Assembly: GCA_030141605.1 (NCBI GenBank)
Contig: JAQGDQ010000004.1
Location: forward strand, 1,612,001-1,676,000
DNA from: Tubiluchus corallicola
Lineage: Eukaryota; Animalia; Priapulida
Direction of reading: 5' to 3'
Length of the DNA stretch: 64,000 bases
Shown here: positions 14,343 through 27,405 of the stretch, piece after piece
How positions within the stretch are numbered: position 1 is the stretch's first letter
How the letters are laid out: each line of letters begins with the position of its first letter
Position numbers and translations under genes: made by a program
The notes under the pieces: model-generated
Databases searched by the model: none
Seen by the model: the letters and a program-made list of their open reading frames with translations, nothing else
Told to the model about the DNA's origin: nothing

Positions 14343-15734
14343 AATGATTTTGTGAATGTCGAATTATCAATGCGTGAGAGGTCGCTCTAATTCCTTAACA
14401 CTGTAATGATGTATTCTCCCACTATATCCGTCTTCCTGGACCCTACCTACCCCCCTCCCTGGAATTAGTATTATTTGCTCATGTCTTTATTGCCTATGGG
14501 AATTTGTGAATCTAATTTGTTGTGAAACTAAAAAATGATCTTATTTCAAACGTTAAGATCCTGAATGTGTGAAGCATAAGGGTCGGGAAACCTACAGCAT
14601 CAACGACTCTAAATTCAGTTAAACAATAAATATGTAGCTTTAAAAACATATTTACACGATGGGTTACGTTTCAACTGTCAGACTCGTTAATCATTTCGAT
14701 TGCTGGGAAGGCTATTGTTGCCGTTACCACCGCACTGCAACTTCTATATGTGCGCGATACCTTACTGATGTTATTGGAATCTAATAGTTGAAGCTAAGCT
14801 AGTGATATACATTGCCGCATTAAACTGTCCCAAAACATGGGTTTACTTATATTACTTCCTGCTTCTACGAAATTAATCATAGTTAGCGCACCTGGCTCGA
14901 TTGCGTGCCATTTTCCCCGTATACGACACACCTGATGTGGCAAATTAGAAGTAAAGTAAACGCAAAGCACAGCTATATCATAAGCATGTATTTTATTTCA
15001 GAGGTGATTGCTTTATTCGGCTACATCCCGTGTTACATAATTACAATAGTTATTTACGTCATATTCTATAGTAATACAGAAATTTATCAACACCCATGAA
15101 ACTCGTATCGTATGCGGCGTCTGCAGGCACTGTGAGATATATTACATAACTAGTACAATAATAAGGCAATTTACACTATACTAATTGTAGGTTTCTTTAC
15201 CTTGTGAATTATATATATATAGGTAAAATGGCACACTTTGTAATATATGTGCTTAGGATTAGGGTTACAGTAGAGCATAATTATCTTAACTATTTTTACG
15301 AGTTAGCTCCAGGTTCCATTTCGAGAAAATCTTGGTTGGAAAAATTGTGTAACGCTGTCTGTAATACAGACATGCTTTTTAATGCATATAGCTTTACAAG
15401 GTGACTTGGTGCATATATATATATATATTTGTCAGTCTTTTACCACCGCCAAAATAAATGGTTAAAAAGGTAGATAAACACTATGTGGAACAATCTTGCA
15501 TTACTGATTATAAATCCATTTAATGGACAAATATTTTGCGAGTCTTTTGCAAGTCTAATTAATACCAATACTTGTACATTTTTGTAAGTTTGTTTGTTTA
15601 TATCTGTGTTAAATTTTTTGAATCAAAAGAATTAGACGAATAAGATTAGGATTGTTCAGCTTTGGCAGATATCTGATTCCTACTGAGCGCATTCTAGGTT
15701 TATTACAGAAATCATTTTTACCTACTTTTCTATT

Positions 15735-15875
15735 TGTGCCGTTTTTCCTGTGCCATTTTTACCTCTACCTGTGTCATTTTTTCCTCTACAATTTTTTCTT
15801 GTGCCATATTTTCTGTGTGCCATTTTTTCCGGTGGCATTTTTATCGTGCCATTTTTTCCTGTGCCATTTTTACTG
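15735..15875. repeat. Tandem ~15-bp repeats (TGTGCCATTTTTTCC), probable transposon subterminal array
   Basis: About 8 degenerate copies; an inverted copy AGGTAAAATGGCACA sits at 15221-15235. Confidence 0.7.
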
Positions 15876-15932
15876 TCCGTCCTTTATGCATGCCCACATG
15901 CTGAAGAGGTATGGTGTAAAGAGCCACCACTG

Positions 15933-16495
15933 CCCCAGGAAAGTTTTAGGCTACGTCTATTTAGGTCACCCCACAAATATGGCATCCAAAATGGCGTCCA
16001 ATACAGCTCTTTTTAGGGCATTTTGCTAAATATTAACGTTCGTGGTGTACCATAACAATCAGCGAGGTCCCAGAAAGCTTTTGGGCTGATGTCAATACGG
16101 CGACCATCCTCCCAATATGACCACCAAAATGTCGCATCCTTTACGCATGTCTGCGTGCTGTAGCACACCCCTAAATTTCAGGTTCCGTAACGACCAATAT
16201 GGTTTCGGAAAAATTTTAGATTAATGTGAGTTTAAGACATTCTGCTATATGTACTCGTTAAAGATGTACCATAATAATCAACATGACGCCTGCAAGATTT
16301 TAGACTAATGTCAGGTTAGGTGACCACTCTGGCACTCTCGCCCTGATATGAGGGCTAAAATGGTGCATACTATATGTACGTCTTCATGTTGCAGCATACC
16401 CCCAAATGTGGTCTACTATAACAACGAGAATGACCCCGGGAGAGTTTAAGACTAACGTCAGTTTAAGTCACTACCACTCCCCCAAATGGCGCACT
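15933..16495. repeat. Degenerate tandem array of about five 90-140-bp units
   Basis: The core ccc…aagttttagactaatgtca.tttaggtgacc…atatg…aaaatggcgca recurs at about 15933, 16069, 16205, 16289 and 16434. Confidence 0.55.
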
Positions 16496-18124
16496 AGGTT
16501 TAATGAACAAAATGCCACGCAGAGATCGCCACAGTAACAGTACCATTTACCTGATATTCTAGATAATATTAAATATAACTAAAGTAATTATTTGAGTAAT
16601 CTATTAATGTACGCACAAAAAGCACATTTCGAGCTTTACAGACCAAACATTCCTACTTGTGTAGTATTAAATAAGCACTTGAATTACTATGTCGTCAAAA
16701 CGTTTTTTGAATAAAAAAGCATTTTTAAAGTATCACAACCATGCACAAACGTCACAAATTTTGACCAACCACCCGCTATGCGGGGCCCAGTTACAGAATT
16801 GTTGGTGGAGCCCCTTACCCTACGAAAGTTAAGTTAAAGATTGATGTTTTATGCTTCATGTGGTAGCCCGTCTCAGCCAAAAAGCGTTCAGGGCTTGAGA
16901 CTTCACCATTAGCCACAATGATATACTAAAAATAAAAGCCTATATGGAAATTTTAACGTTTTATTATAAGTCATGATAATTACTGATATAGTAATTTGTG
17001 CATAGGCCTTCTAAAAACAGACTTTTTTCTGTTTTTATCCGAGAAATCTTTAAAAATAATTTCAATGTCATGGGTGTTTGTCGTGTCATTTTTATTTATT
17101 TAGCCTCTCTTGTGAGCCTCTTGATGATAGGTATGTTTTAATCTGCGTTGAGAGTTTGTAATTGTAAAATCAGTAAAATTAACAATCTACCAACTACATA
17201 TAAGGCTTGCCAATTAGCGTTCTCAAAAAGTTACAAAAATTACAAAACTAAAATTACAAAACAAACAAACGATCAGCACAAAAACACGGAAACATACGAG
17301 GACAGAGTGAATAGTTTCACTGCCTTCACACTATCAAGAAACTTCATACACGTGGACACTCATTAATTCATCATGCCATCCGCACGAGCGTATGCGCGGG
17401 GCCCAATTTGAATAAATCTGTCTAATTGGCTTAAAACCGCCCCTGAAATATCTACTAATTGTGTCCCAAAAGAGATACTAAACTGTATAACAACGCGAAA
17501 CAACATAATAACATTTCCTGTGTCTGTTTAAAGCGATTTCATCAAAAATTTTCAAGCGATACGCTTCATGAACTCCTATTCTCCTAAAGACAAATTTTTA
17601 TATTCAAAAATTCCCGCTTTAACAGCTTGAAGATATAAAGTAATACTAATTTTTAAACAATGGACCTGTAAATCTTTGATTTTCTCACATTTTTCACGTA
17701 CTTTTCCCGTCGTAGCTGTTAAAACTTGGCCTCTAGCTAACGACATTCTGGCAATTTTTTATCTCTGTACACAAATTGCTCTTGCACAAAATGTCAGCCG
17801 TATTTAGCAGCGTTTATTAGGTGAAATTCATAAAGCCAGTTATGCAAGAATTACATTACTCTCGGCATACCAGTTCCCAGGTTCATGCATAACAGAAAAT
17901 AGTATTGGCCGGCTGCCCAATATTCATTTATTCTCAAGAAAATAAAATGTGATCATTGAATTTTAAAATCAGTCATAAACGTGTGACTCGAAATTTTAAA
18001 AAATGGCGAATAATAGTCTTTTTTAACTCGAGCTTACTGGCATAAAATAACTGAAAATTGTTAAACGTACAATGATGATTCTTCTGGCTTTATGCTGTTG
18101 CTCTTAACTCATTTTGTTGCTTTT

Positions 18125-18354
18125 CAGTGGCGTTGTGAAAGGGTTTACACGGAGGGGGCAAAGGGTGTAAAAGTACTGTACAAAGTACTTGTACTGTAGA
18201 ATCGACATTACAGAAGTTTAATGTAAAAACAGTACAAATAGCTAAAAATTTGCATTTTCTGGACATTTTTGCTTTCTTAATTTTTGTCCCGTCTTCATTT
18301 CTTCCTATTGCAAGTGGGGCCATGACTCCTCTGCCTCCCATCACAACGCTGCTT
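18125..18354. mobile_element. hAT-family MITE (230 bp)
   Basis: TIRs CAGTGGCGTTGTGA / TCACAACGCTGCTT (11/14 match) and a perfect 8-bp TSD TTGCTTTT at 18117-18124 and 18355-18362. Confidence 0.85.
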
Positions 18355-21300
18355 TTGCTTTTACGTGAGCTCTAAATTTCTAAGCAAAAGTAGCAGGCTG
18401 GTGCTAAATGATAAATCATTTAATTAAGCGAAAATTCATCCAAACTGTTTGTAATTGCTGGTAAAAATACTGTTACATTTTTTCGCACCGATATCCAAAT
18501 TTTTTCTCGATTTTATGATCTCGAGTTCACTTGTTCAGATATGTGTACTTGCTAGAAATTGGAAGCTGACTGACTGCCAACAGATATCTGTGACCTATTT
18601 ATTGGACAGTTTATATAGATCTGACTACGTGGTTGACTGCATCGCTTACTCACGTCTATGATAATAAGCAGATGATTACATTCATTAGCGAATAACTTTT
18701 GCATTTCACAGACTAGCAAAGAAAATTCCAACAACAGCAAAAGTAATGCACGCTTGTTCTACACAAACTACAGAAACAGAGTACATTAACTGCACCTTGC
18801 ATTTAAGACTACTACACGATTATTTCAGGCCATCAGTTGACACATAGTTAACCATAGAATCGAACTTGTAAATATTTCAAGGCTGAGACAATATTGTAAA
18901 TTACAAAACAACGAAAACATAATTTAGCCTTATAAGTCATACAAAAAATGGAAAGAATTTGTTCAAATTGTGTACGAACGACTCAAAACGTGCAGTTCTG
19001 ATCAGCTCTTTACGTACTCTCGCACAGCATGCGCCGATGTCAGGACGAGATTACCCTTTGCGCAAACATGGCCGCTTGGTTAGCTGTTTATTTTTCGGTA
19101 AAAAAACTATATATTATATATTATAACTTCCGTGCCATTATTACAGTTAAACATCCCTGAAACTGTTGAATGCGCTCACTTTTTGTGTCTTGACTAATTC
19201 CTGTGAATCCTGTGCGCAAGCTACTAAAACAAGAGTGGTAAAAAGAAAGCCAACTAAGTTTCTGGAGGGACGCTCCACCAAACTTTTAAAAATCTTCTGT
19301 TTTTTAACTTTTTCTGGCAATTAACCGTGTTCTTCCACATTCAGAATTCACAAATCAGTTTAGATAAACCTGCTTATGGAGTATATTTCGTGTTACTCTT
19401 TAAAGGAAAGGCCAAACATTCTGGGAAGTTGGATTAATTTCAGTATTTTCGAATAACGTTTGGTGAATTAATGTACAGTAATAACAGTGCAAAAAACGCT
19501 TCGTGTAACTAGTAAAATCACTTTAAAGTCGCGATCATTCTTCCACCAATTACCTTTAGCCAGTTCCCTCGGCTATAGAAAAGCTGAGCACTGTCAATTT
19601 CTGTCAAACATATACATGTAGTAATTTTGTACAAAAAATTAGATTTTCTGACATTTTGAACATTGGGTTAGCTGCAGAAGTTTGAATTAGTTTAAGCAGC
19701 GCCAAGGATGCTACGATGCGCTTACGAATAGTCACGAAGTCCAGCAGTTACCTCATAATTTTCAAATGAATAGCGGCTACCACTGCCCCTGAAAGTATCT
19801 GTACAGCGGTAGTGTAGCTTAACTTTATGCTTTATGGATTTTTTTCAAATTTCTTTATTATATTTCTCTACGTTTAAGTGCTAACAGTAAAATATACTAA
19901 GTGACTTGACCTTTCCTTTATTCAGTGGCTTCACTAAGCTGTCAGCTGAAGGCATAGGACGTTGTGCGAGCTACGCGCTTCCTGCTGAATGATCGTTGAA
20001 GTCAAGCATTTACTACATCGTATGTGCCAACCAAATTACCATCATTAAGTTTATCTGATCGAAATTTCTGATCAAAACTGTGACAAAACACCTTCTAGCC
20101 AACGAACATCATGCTTGAGAGAACTACAGGGATAATACGCGCAAGTAATGACAGAGACAGTGAGGCGAGTTCTAAAAACCACACGTATGCTTCTTTTTAA
20201 TGAAATGTCCCAATCTTATATTGACCTAATCATAACAACATTTTCTTAAATATGATATAGCAATGTGCACAACAAAACAATAAACCTTTTGCTGTTTTCT
20301 CTGGGACCATTTTAAAACTTGTATGGCATTTTTAGTCATTCGATAAATGCGGTATTTCCGGGTTGTTTGAAATCTCGATTAATTATGATGATAATATACA
20401 ATAATGTAAGACGTTATGTAATGCCTATTTTATTTGTAAATTACAACACTAAATAATACAATTTAAGCAGTATTTCACATAGCACATAGCGCTGATGCGG
20501 TTCTTTCGTCCAAGGTCCAAAGTTAATTTCTAGTTTTGATTTTTAATGGTGCGGTTAATTGGAAATGTGCCTAGCGGGCAGAACCCTTGATATTAAGAGC
20601 ACCAATACGCTTGCAGTTGTACTGTTGCACATTTATTAAAATTTTCGCGTTCGTGTTTTGCTTTTCATTAATATTTGGTATGTGTTTGTGCAATGTCAGC
20701 AAAAGCCTTGAATTCTCTCATTCGAGCGAATCTTTCGACATTCACTTTCGTTACTCGGGTGGCGCTCCTAGTGCGCATGTGCCGTAGACGATTATATCGA
20801 TCGGGTTTCGTAGATCAGCAAATAAGAACGATTGTTACCGCCAGTTATTACCGAAGTACTTTCTGGGCCGTACTAGCAAATCTTGTTTTGGTAACTTATT
20901 GGCTTAGCCGAAAAAATATAAGCCAAAGTGTAAAATCGGCGACTGTTCCAAGTGTGCGGCAGATTGTGATAACAGCGAAGAGCATCTTGTTTTACGATGA
21001 GCACCTTTCGAAATCAGAATTTACTCTCGTCAGCATTCAATGCCTTTACTGATTGCAGTTTACAATTATATTTAATCGTTTTAATAAATAGACTTATCTA
21101 AACCATGAGACGTCTGTGTGAAATTGAAATGCCATGTGTAGAAAGTAGTATTCCATTTTCGTAAACAGTATCGCAAAGAACATTTCTTGGAGGAGTAATG
21201 CCGCACGCCTTTTGCGTGAAATGGTCCTAAATCAGATTTTGTTTCTTGTCATAGTTTAATATCAATATTTGAGGAATTTGTCGTTTGTTTGATAATGAAT

Positions 21301-23786
21301 GAAATTCTATCTATAATTTTGGGTTTATAGCTTTTTATTGTGACACCACTACCTTTAATTTCCGAGAAAAATTTGGTAATAGACTAACTGTTGGTTATTT
21401 AGTATAAAAATTGATGATCTTATATTTCGAATATACATGCGTATACAGATTCTACTTTTAATTGTAGCGTGAAAGTGTGCAGTCTGAAAGTGTGAAAACT
21501 GCAATAAGTTCCTGCATGATCCGCATTGTTCTAGTACGCCAACTAATTTACTAGATACTACTCGATGTTTTAAACAAGTAGTTCTTGTGGCGCCTCCATT
21601 TTTTACTGCTGTTCCCATTCCTACGATGTTGAGTGAAATATAGGTCTCCGGACGCTTCTCCCCAAGAACATCGCATCACATCTCGTGCTACATTCTGGTG
21701 CTTAGGCTGGGTCTCGTTTCTTAGTGTTAATCAATATCGACGGGGAGTTTTACTCTGCCGCGTAGCCGTTTTCCTTTTCTACTGGGAAATTCCGAGACTT
21801 GATATCTGCACATCTAATGAATACATGTTGTTGCAGTTACGGTGTCATTACCTTTAGTGCTGTTTACGTAACTCGATCCGTTGCCGTCATAATCTTCAAC
21901 ATTTCAAAGAATATAATGAGGTTTGCAGGTTTGCACTATTAAGCTCTCCTAAATTAAAACTACTTTTGAACAACTAAATTTAAATTAGAATGTATTCGTG
22001 GCGGTAATAAGAAAAATTATGCCGCAGTTCAAATTTGAAAAACACGGACTTGCAAACCACTTTTATACAGGATAATTAATAGAAAGAGCCACGTATTGTT
22101 CTTGGTGAGGCAGTTAACTGAGCGTCTGCTTCTGATTGTAACTGAATTTTTGTGACTTCATTTTCTCGCCATTTCTTTAAATATTTTATTTTCAATATGG
22201 AAAGAAGGTCTTGCGCACTTATGCCGTTCGGCGCTTTGAAATCCGAAATCCAACCACTTAATGTGAATGGTTGTTTCGGGACCGAAACTGATGTCAATGA
22301 TATGAGATGGTTTGGGTAGATGATACGCTAAACCGCTAGAAGTTACTTGTACCGTGATAAGCAGAGACGAAGTCCATAATTTTATGAAAATTTCTTTTGG
22401 ATACTCTACTTGCAAATAATTCAGTTTGTCTTCATTTTAGAAATTTCATTTAATTCAGCCACGAGACGTCTTACTAAATTCATTTATCCATCAACCTCCA
22501 CGAACACCTGCGTGCTTGCAGTCTTAATCGTACCATGCAATTGGTCTGTAAAGCCAGTAAATGCCTGAATGGATGAAGAAAATCGGACGTTATCGCCTCA
22601 CTTTACTTTGCAATCGGCTTTAAGCGTTCTAAATTTATTAAGATTTGTTCATTCAAATCTCATTTTTTGATTTGACTGACCCAGAAGATGCTTAATTTAA
22701 TCAAACTCGTGTACAACGCACAGGATTTACTCATTCAACAAAAACCATCACCTCTGCATGGATAAATATCGCAAAAGTAAAACAAAACAAATAACTCCTC
22801 CTAATAATAATAAACGTCGGTATTCGTCTTGTTTTAATCTTTCAGCAACTATTGAAACTTGTTAAAGCTGCATTCGTATTAACCTACGACGCTAATGTGC
22901 AATGATGACGCTTAATCATTTATTTTAAAATAAAATACTTATTTGTATTTATATGTCTGTAGTTGCAGGCAAAGTTTTAACTTAAGTATGAGTCCTCAGT
23001 GATATCTATAGCTAATACGATGTTACTAAGATTCTCAAAAATTATACCCAGAAAAGTACGTTAATGCTATTAAAATTATTGCGCAATATGCAAAATCGCT
23101 AATTAACTTTGAATTCATAACGATTATAGAGAACATTTTCATCCGTGCGAGCACGGCTATGACTAGCTTGTATATGAGGTATATCATTGAAAATGTCAGT
23201 AATAAGATGAACTAAATTTTGCAATTCTATTAAACATTTAAATACTACAACATAATGACAAAAATAAAATTTTCTTTTATGGTTTACAAAGGCGTCAAAT
23301 AAGATTTCTTTCTTAGTATATAGATGTCGGTAAGTAATGCCGTCTGCTAATTCTTTTCGGGACTTTAGTCTCTTTTCTTGTCTTACGAAGTCACAGAGCA
23401 GTAATAAATGTTTAACTGTTTGCTGCTCCATCATCATGCCACAGACACAAAGTCCATTATCTGTATATCCGAATCTGAATAAAAAGTTACGAAAATTGTC
23501 TGCCTTGTTAAAAAACTGACAGCTAATGTTTCAATTAGCCTCTCAGATGCGCAAAAGTTCAGATCAACCGATGCACATTATAACTCATGGTTCAACGAAT
23601 CATTTGTTGCTGCGACTACCAGTTTTATTTGATTTCGTAAGCGATTGCACCACCTATTGGAAATGTAGGAGTTGTTGTTTGTTTTCGAGTATGTTAGAAT
23701 ACAATTGTCGATATTATACGGCACTGTGCAGAGAGCACTTGTGACACGTTAGTCATAAAAAGGTATTAAATAACTAGTTATTATAG

Positions 23787-24083
23787 TTATCAATGCCTTA
23801 GCGAAGTGGGCAACATAGAACTGTCGTAGTCTGTCTGTCAGTCTGTCCGTAACCCCCTTCTGTCTTTCGCGGCTCTTTCTCGGAAGTTGAGCAATTTAGA
23901 TACTTGGCATACGGATAGGATGTGCGTCAAAGTTGAAACCTATTAATTTTTGGATTAAGCGGCGCAGATTTGAATTTTGACAATATTTTGAAAATGCGTA
24001 TAAAAAGTTATATTATATAGCTAGGGAACCCTTGGTCGAGGACATCGCTGCCGCAATGAGATCGACATACCTCGAAACTAGTT
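23787..24083 (+). mobile_element. Helitron/Helentron-associated (DINE-1/HINE-like) non-autonomous element
   Basis: A 5' (GTCY)n microsatellite at 23829-23850 and a 3' inverted TCGAGG…CCTCGA hairpin followed by CTAGTT. The family call is inferred from architecture only. Confidence 0.45.
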
Positions 24084-24110
24084 ACCCCAAAGATTATTTT
24101 CTGCGTATAT

Positions 24111-24936
24111 GAAAGATAGGATGATTTTTCATATACTACCCACTGTCAAGTACGGTAAAAGTATACATTTTAACACCAATAATACTGAGAAAGCGTTTCT
24201 GATAATTAATGCAAAACCGGACTCAATCTTGAACTGTAGTTCAAAACAATCTACCCTTTAAAATATTGAAAGGAAATATATTATTTTTTCAAAAATAACT
24301 TACGTGAAAGAATTATTACGACACATACTCAATTTCACGTTCGTGCCACTAGTTCTTCGCTGTAACATGCATTTCGCCATTCGCTAGTTAGACGGGCACT
24401 AGCGCCTGCATTTCGGAAACGCATTGCACCAAAAACAGGTGCTGTACCTCTCAGTTCAGATGTGTTAGTGTCTGACGAACTACACATGTTCGAAAGCTCA
24501 CACGTGAGCACAGCAGCAAATTTGAAATATCAATTTTTTATCTTAAAACTTGCCTAGTTTTAGTACAACACACTGAATGTCTTACAGTAGCGCTGTACTT
24601 GAATTTTCGCTTTCGCAAATCCGTTTTTTTCGCGCTCATGGATAATCTATTATTTAATTATCAGAAACGCTTTTACAGTGTTAATTGTATTAAAATGTAT
24701 ACTTTTTATCGGACTTGAAAATGCGGTAGTATATGAAAAATCATCCTGTCTTCTTTTAAATATTAGGTTAAAATCTTAGTTAACGTCGGGTGAGCCCAAC
24801 TACGTCATAATTTTCAACAGCAAAGGCAGTCCATGAGCGTGTTGCACGTGTTTGTAAAGCGAAAATTGTACAGTACTACGAAATTCAGTGCGTTGTACTA
24901 AAATTCTGCAGGTTTTTAGATAAAATTTCAAATTTA
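24111..24936. mobile_element. Kolobok-like MITE with ~100-bp TIRs (copy C, 24111-24755) plus an adjacent inverted fragment (24770-24936)
   Basis: Left arm aagataggatgatttttcatatactac… is the reverse complement of right arm …gtagtatatgaaaaatcatcctgtcttctt|TTAA. The internal sequence matches 238-410. Confidence 0.7.
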
Positions 24937-27236
24937 CCCAGATCTTTAGAAATTGTAAAATACTCAAATCTGTGCCGTTTGATGTAAAAATTGGAAGGCT
25001 TCGAGCTTGAACGATGCCCTACTTCTGTGGGAGGTATCAATTTCCTACATTACTCCAGGGGCAAGAAAAATTGGCGACAAATGGAGTTAGATAGACAGAC
25101 AACCGATAATTCTACATTTTCCTATTTCATTCGGGGCACATACAATAATATATATGCCCGTTCAAGTGTAAGCGATTGATACCAGTAACTGCTAAATGAA
25201 ATATGATTCATTAGCAGGTAGGCCTATCAGGTAACAACAATGTTATTAATAATATATGTTAAACCAGACGTTATGACGGTGGCTCTGTTTCTTCACGGAC
25301 ATTTAGTATAATGTTATTTTAAGAAAGACATTCCATGTCAATGCTAAAAAAGTTTCGAGTATATCTTTGGATCTGACTTCAAATATATATGTATGGTACT
25401 CTCTATTAAGATGATGGTTTGAAACAAGTTTAGGTAATATTGAGAGGTTTGAAAAAATAATTATTCATAGCACACACTTGGCTGACTAAGCAAAAGTATA
25501 AATTACTTCCTCTTGTAGCGGTGCACGCTAGGAAGGTGAGTTAGTGATATTTTGCCAATTGGTGCGAACATTTTAAATTACTAAATTTTCCTTTATATTT
25601 GCATTAGTCTTTCTAACAGGTAAGCGTAATGGTAAGTAAAACAATTCGTATGGAAAAGTTTTTGGGACATATTTTAAAGTTGCTCTTCCTTCCCTTTTAA
25701 CCGTGTCAATGCGGAAAATACGTTTTTGCAGTAGTCTCCACGTACATCGAATTGTCGGAGCTCTGGTTTTGTTTTAACATACGTTTTCAGCATCCGGAAT
25801 TTCCGGTTTGTGGAAGACATTAATAGCTGATGTCGAGTGTAGTTGATATTGCCAAAAATGTTTTAGCAGAGAGAACATACGAGATGCATCATACACGTCA
25901 CTGTACTGTTTTGTTCAGGTTAGAAATTTTCAGGCATAAAGTGACGACCTTACTTTTTTAAACCTGAATGACTGGCTTCCGGTGTCTGTGAAAACCGTAT
26001 CTAACAATTCTAAATTTCGACTGTTTAAATGTTTGCGTCTCTTCAGATAATATAATTTAATATTATGTGGAGTAAAATAATGTGAATTACTTTTGTGCCT
26101 TGTTGCTATGTTCTATTCTTCACTAATGGCAATGGTCCTGCCCTGAAAACCCAACACGCGCCGCGGTGCTAAGCAAAACCACCGAAGTTTAGAATGTAAA
26201 GAATTTAATATCAGCATGGCTTATTGACAAAATGGCATTAAACGACGCAGCTATGGTAGCCGCGGCGAGCTACCACAGCTGCAGTTTCTTCCTTCTTTCA
26301 CATTCAGCAGGAAGCTGCTGTTTTACAAAACGTAAAACGATAGCTGCGTAGATTAGCTAATGTGCTTCAAGGCAAACTTCTGCTTTACTAGTTGCGATCG
26401 ACTGGCTGTTACGCAACGCAAACTCAAAGGAAACTCGTGCAAGGTGTACTTCTTCTTCGTCGGGGAAAGGCACTACGTGCTCTTAGAAGATAAATTTTCG
26501 CAAAGTGTTTACGGCAACTGTGTCACCGTTTGTTGTAATACTGTACTACTAGAAGTTATTGTTCTTTTAACTGTCAGCATTTTCAACCAATATTTATATG
26601 CATTGTCGCATTTTTGTTCGTGTCCTATCCCGCTGGTTGTTATTGCATTTCCACGTGTAATTTGAATACACTCATATAATGTCATTAATAATGTCCGTGT
26701 TGTTGAAGCAGTTCTCTTCCAGGTGGCATGAACTCCTAATTTCATCGATGACACGCTTTCAACATGCTTCTACTATCGTCAGCATGTAGATAGGGCCGGC
26801 TATGGGGAGTGTAATAAAGTAAACAATTTCTAGATACCAATCTACTGTAAACCGCAATTTGTCAGAACTGATTAACCAAGGTTGCCCAAATTGTGTGTAT
26901 ATTTACAAAAAAATGCAAAATGCAAAAAACTGATTTGGCCCTCAGTGATATTTTGTCAAATTGTTAATCACATGTGGGTGGTGCACACGTTAAAAATAAT
27001 TTACAAGGTAGTGTTCAATATCAAAAACGAGGTTTGCCTAATCAGGTTAAGCGTTAGATGCAGAAAATGCCAGCTTGATCTGCCTATAAACCCCCTAAAA
27101 CTGAATTGCAATGTTGTTGAAGTTACTTTCAATTCGTCTTTTCCTGTGAGTTGAGTGACCTCCGCAATATGCAGGCATTATTTTGTAGCTAGTAGTTTGT
27201 TAATCCTAATTGACTATATATATATATATATATATA

Positions 27237-27405
27237 TTTGAATTTTTCGAATATGTTTCTGTATAATACTACAGGATCAGTAGTCTTTTTTCTATATACT
27301 ATATATAGTTTATATATAAACTAATTAACTTTATATGTGACATCAGCAAGAAAAAAGACTACTCATCCTGTAGTATTATACAGAAACATATTCGAAAAAT
27401 TCAAA
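27237..27405. repeat. Near-perfect inverted repeat, 57-bp arms (56/57) with a 55-nt spacer, next to (TA)n
   Basis: 27237-27293 is the reverse complement of 27349-27405 with one mismatch. Confidence 0.95.

Noticed and set aside
13663-16495. Repeat arrays as CRISPR-like loci
   Set aside because: Units are long, highly diverged and irregularly spaced, in eukaryotic DNA with no cas genes.
16770-17445. hAT-like right terminus (…TTAAAACCGCCCCTG)
   Set aside because: No left TIR or TSD located, so boundaries cannot be supported.
20587-21857. ORFs of 66-125 aa as possible BCOR N-terminal exons
   Set aside because: No recognisable homology, and I found no phase-2 donor linking them to 29817.
26232-26350. 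MALNDAAMVAAAS… as a BCOR start exon
   Set aside because: Its only plausible donor is weak and in phase 1, incompatible with the next exon.
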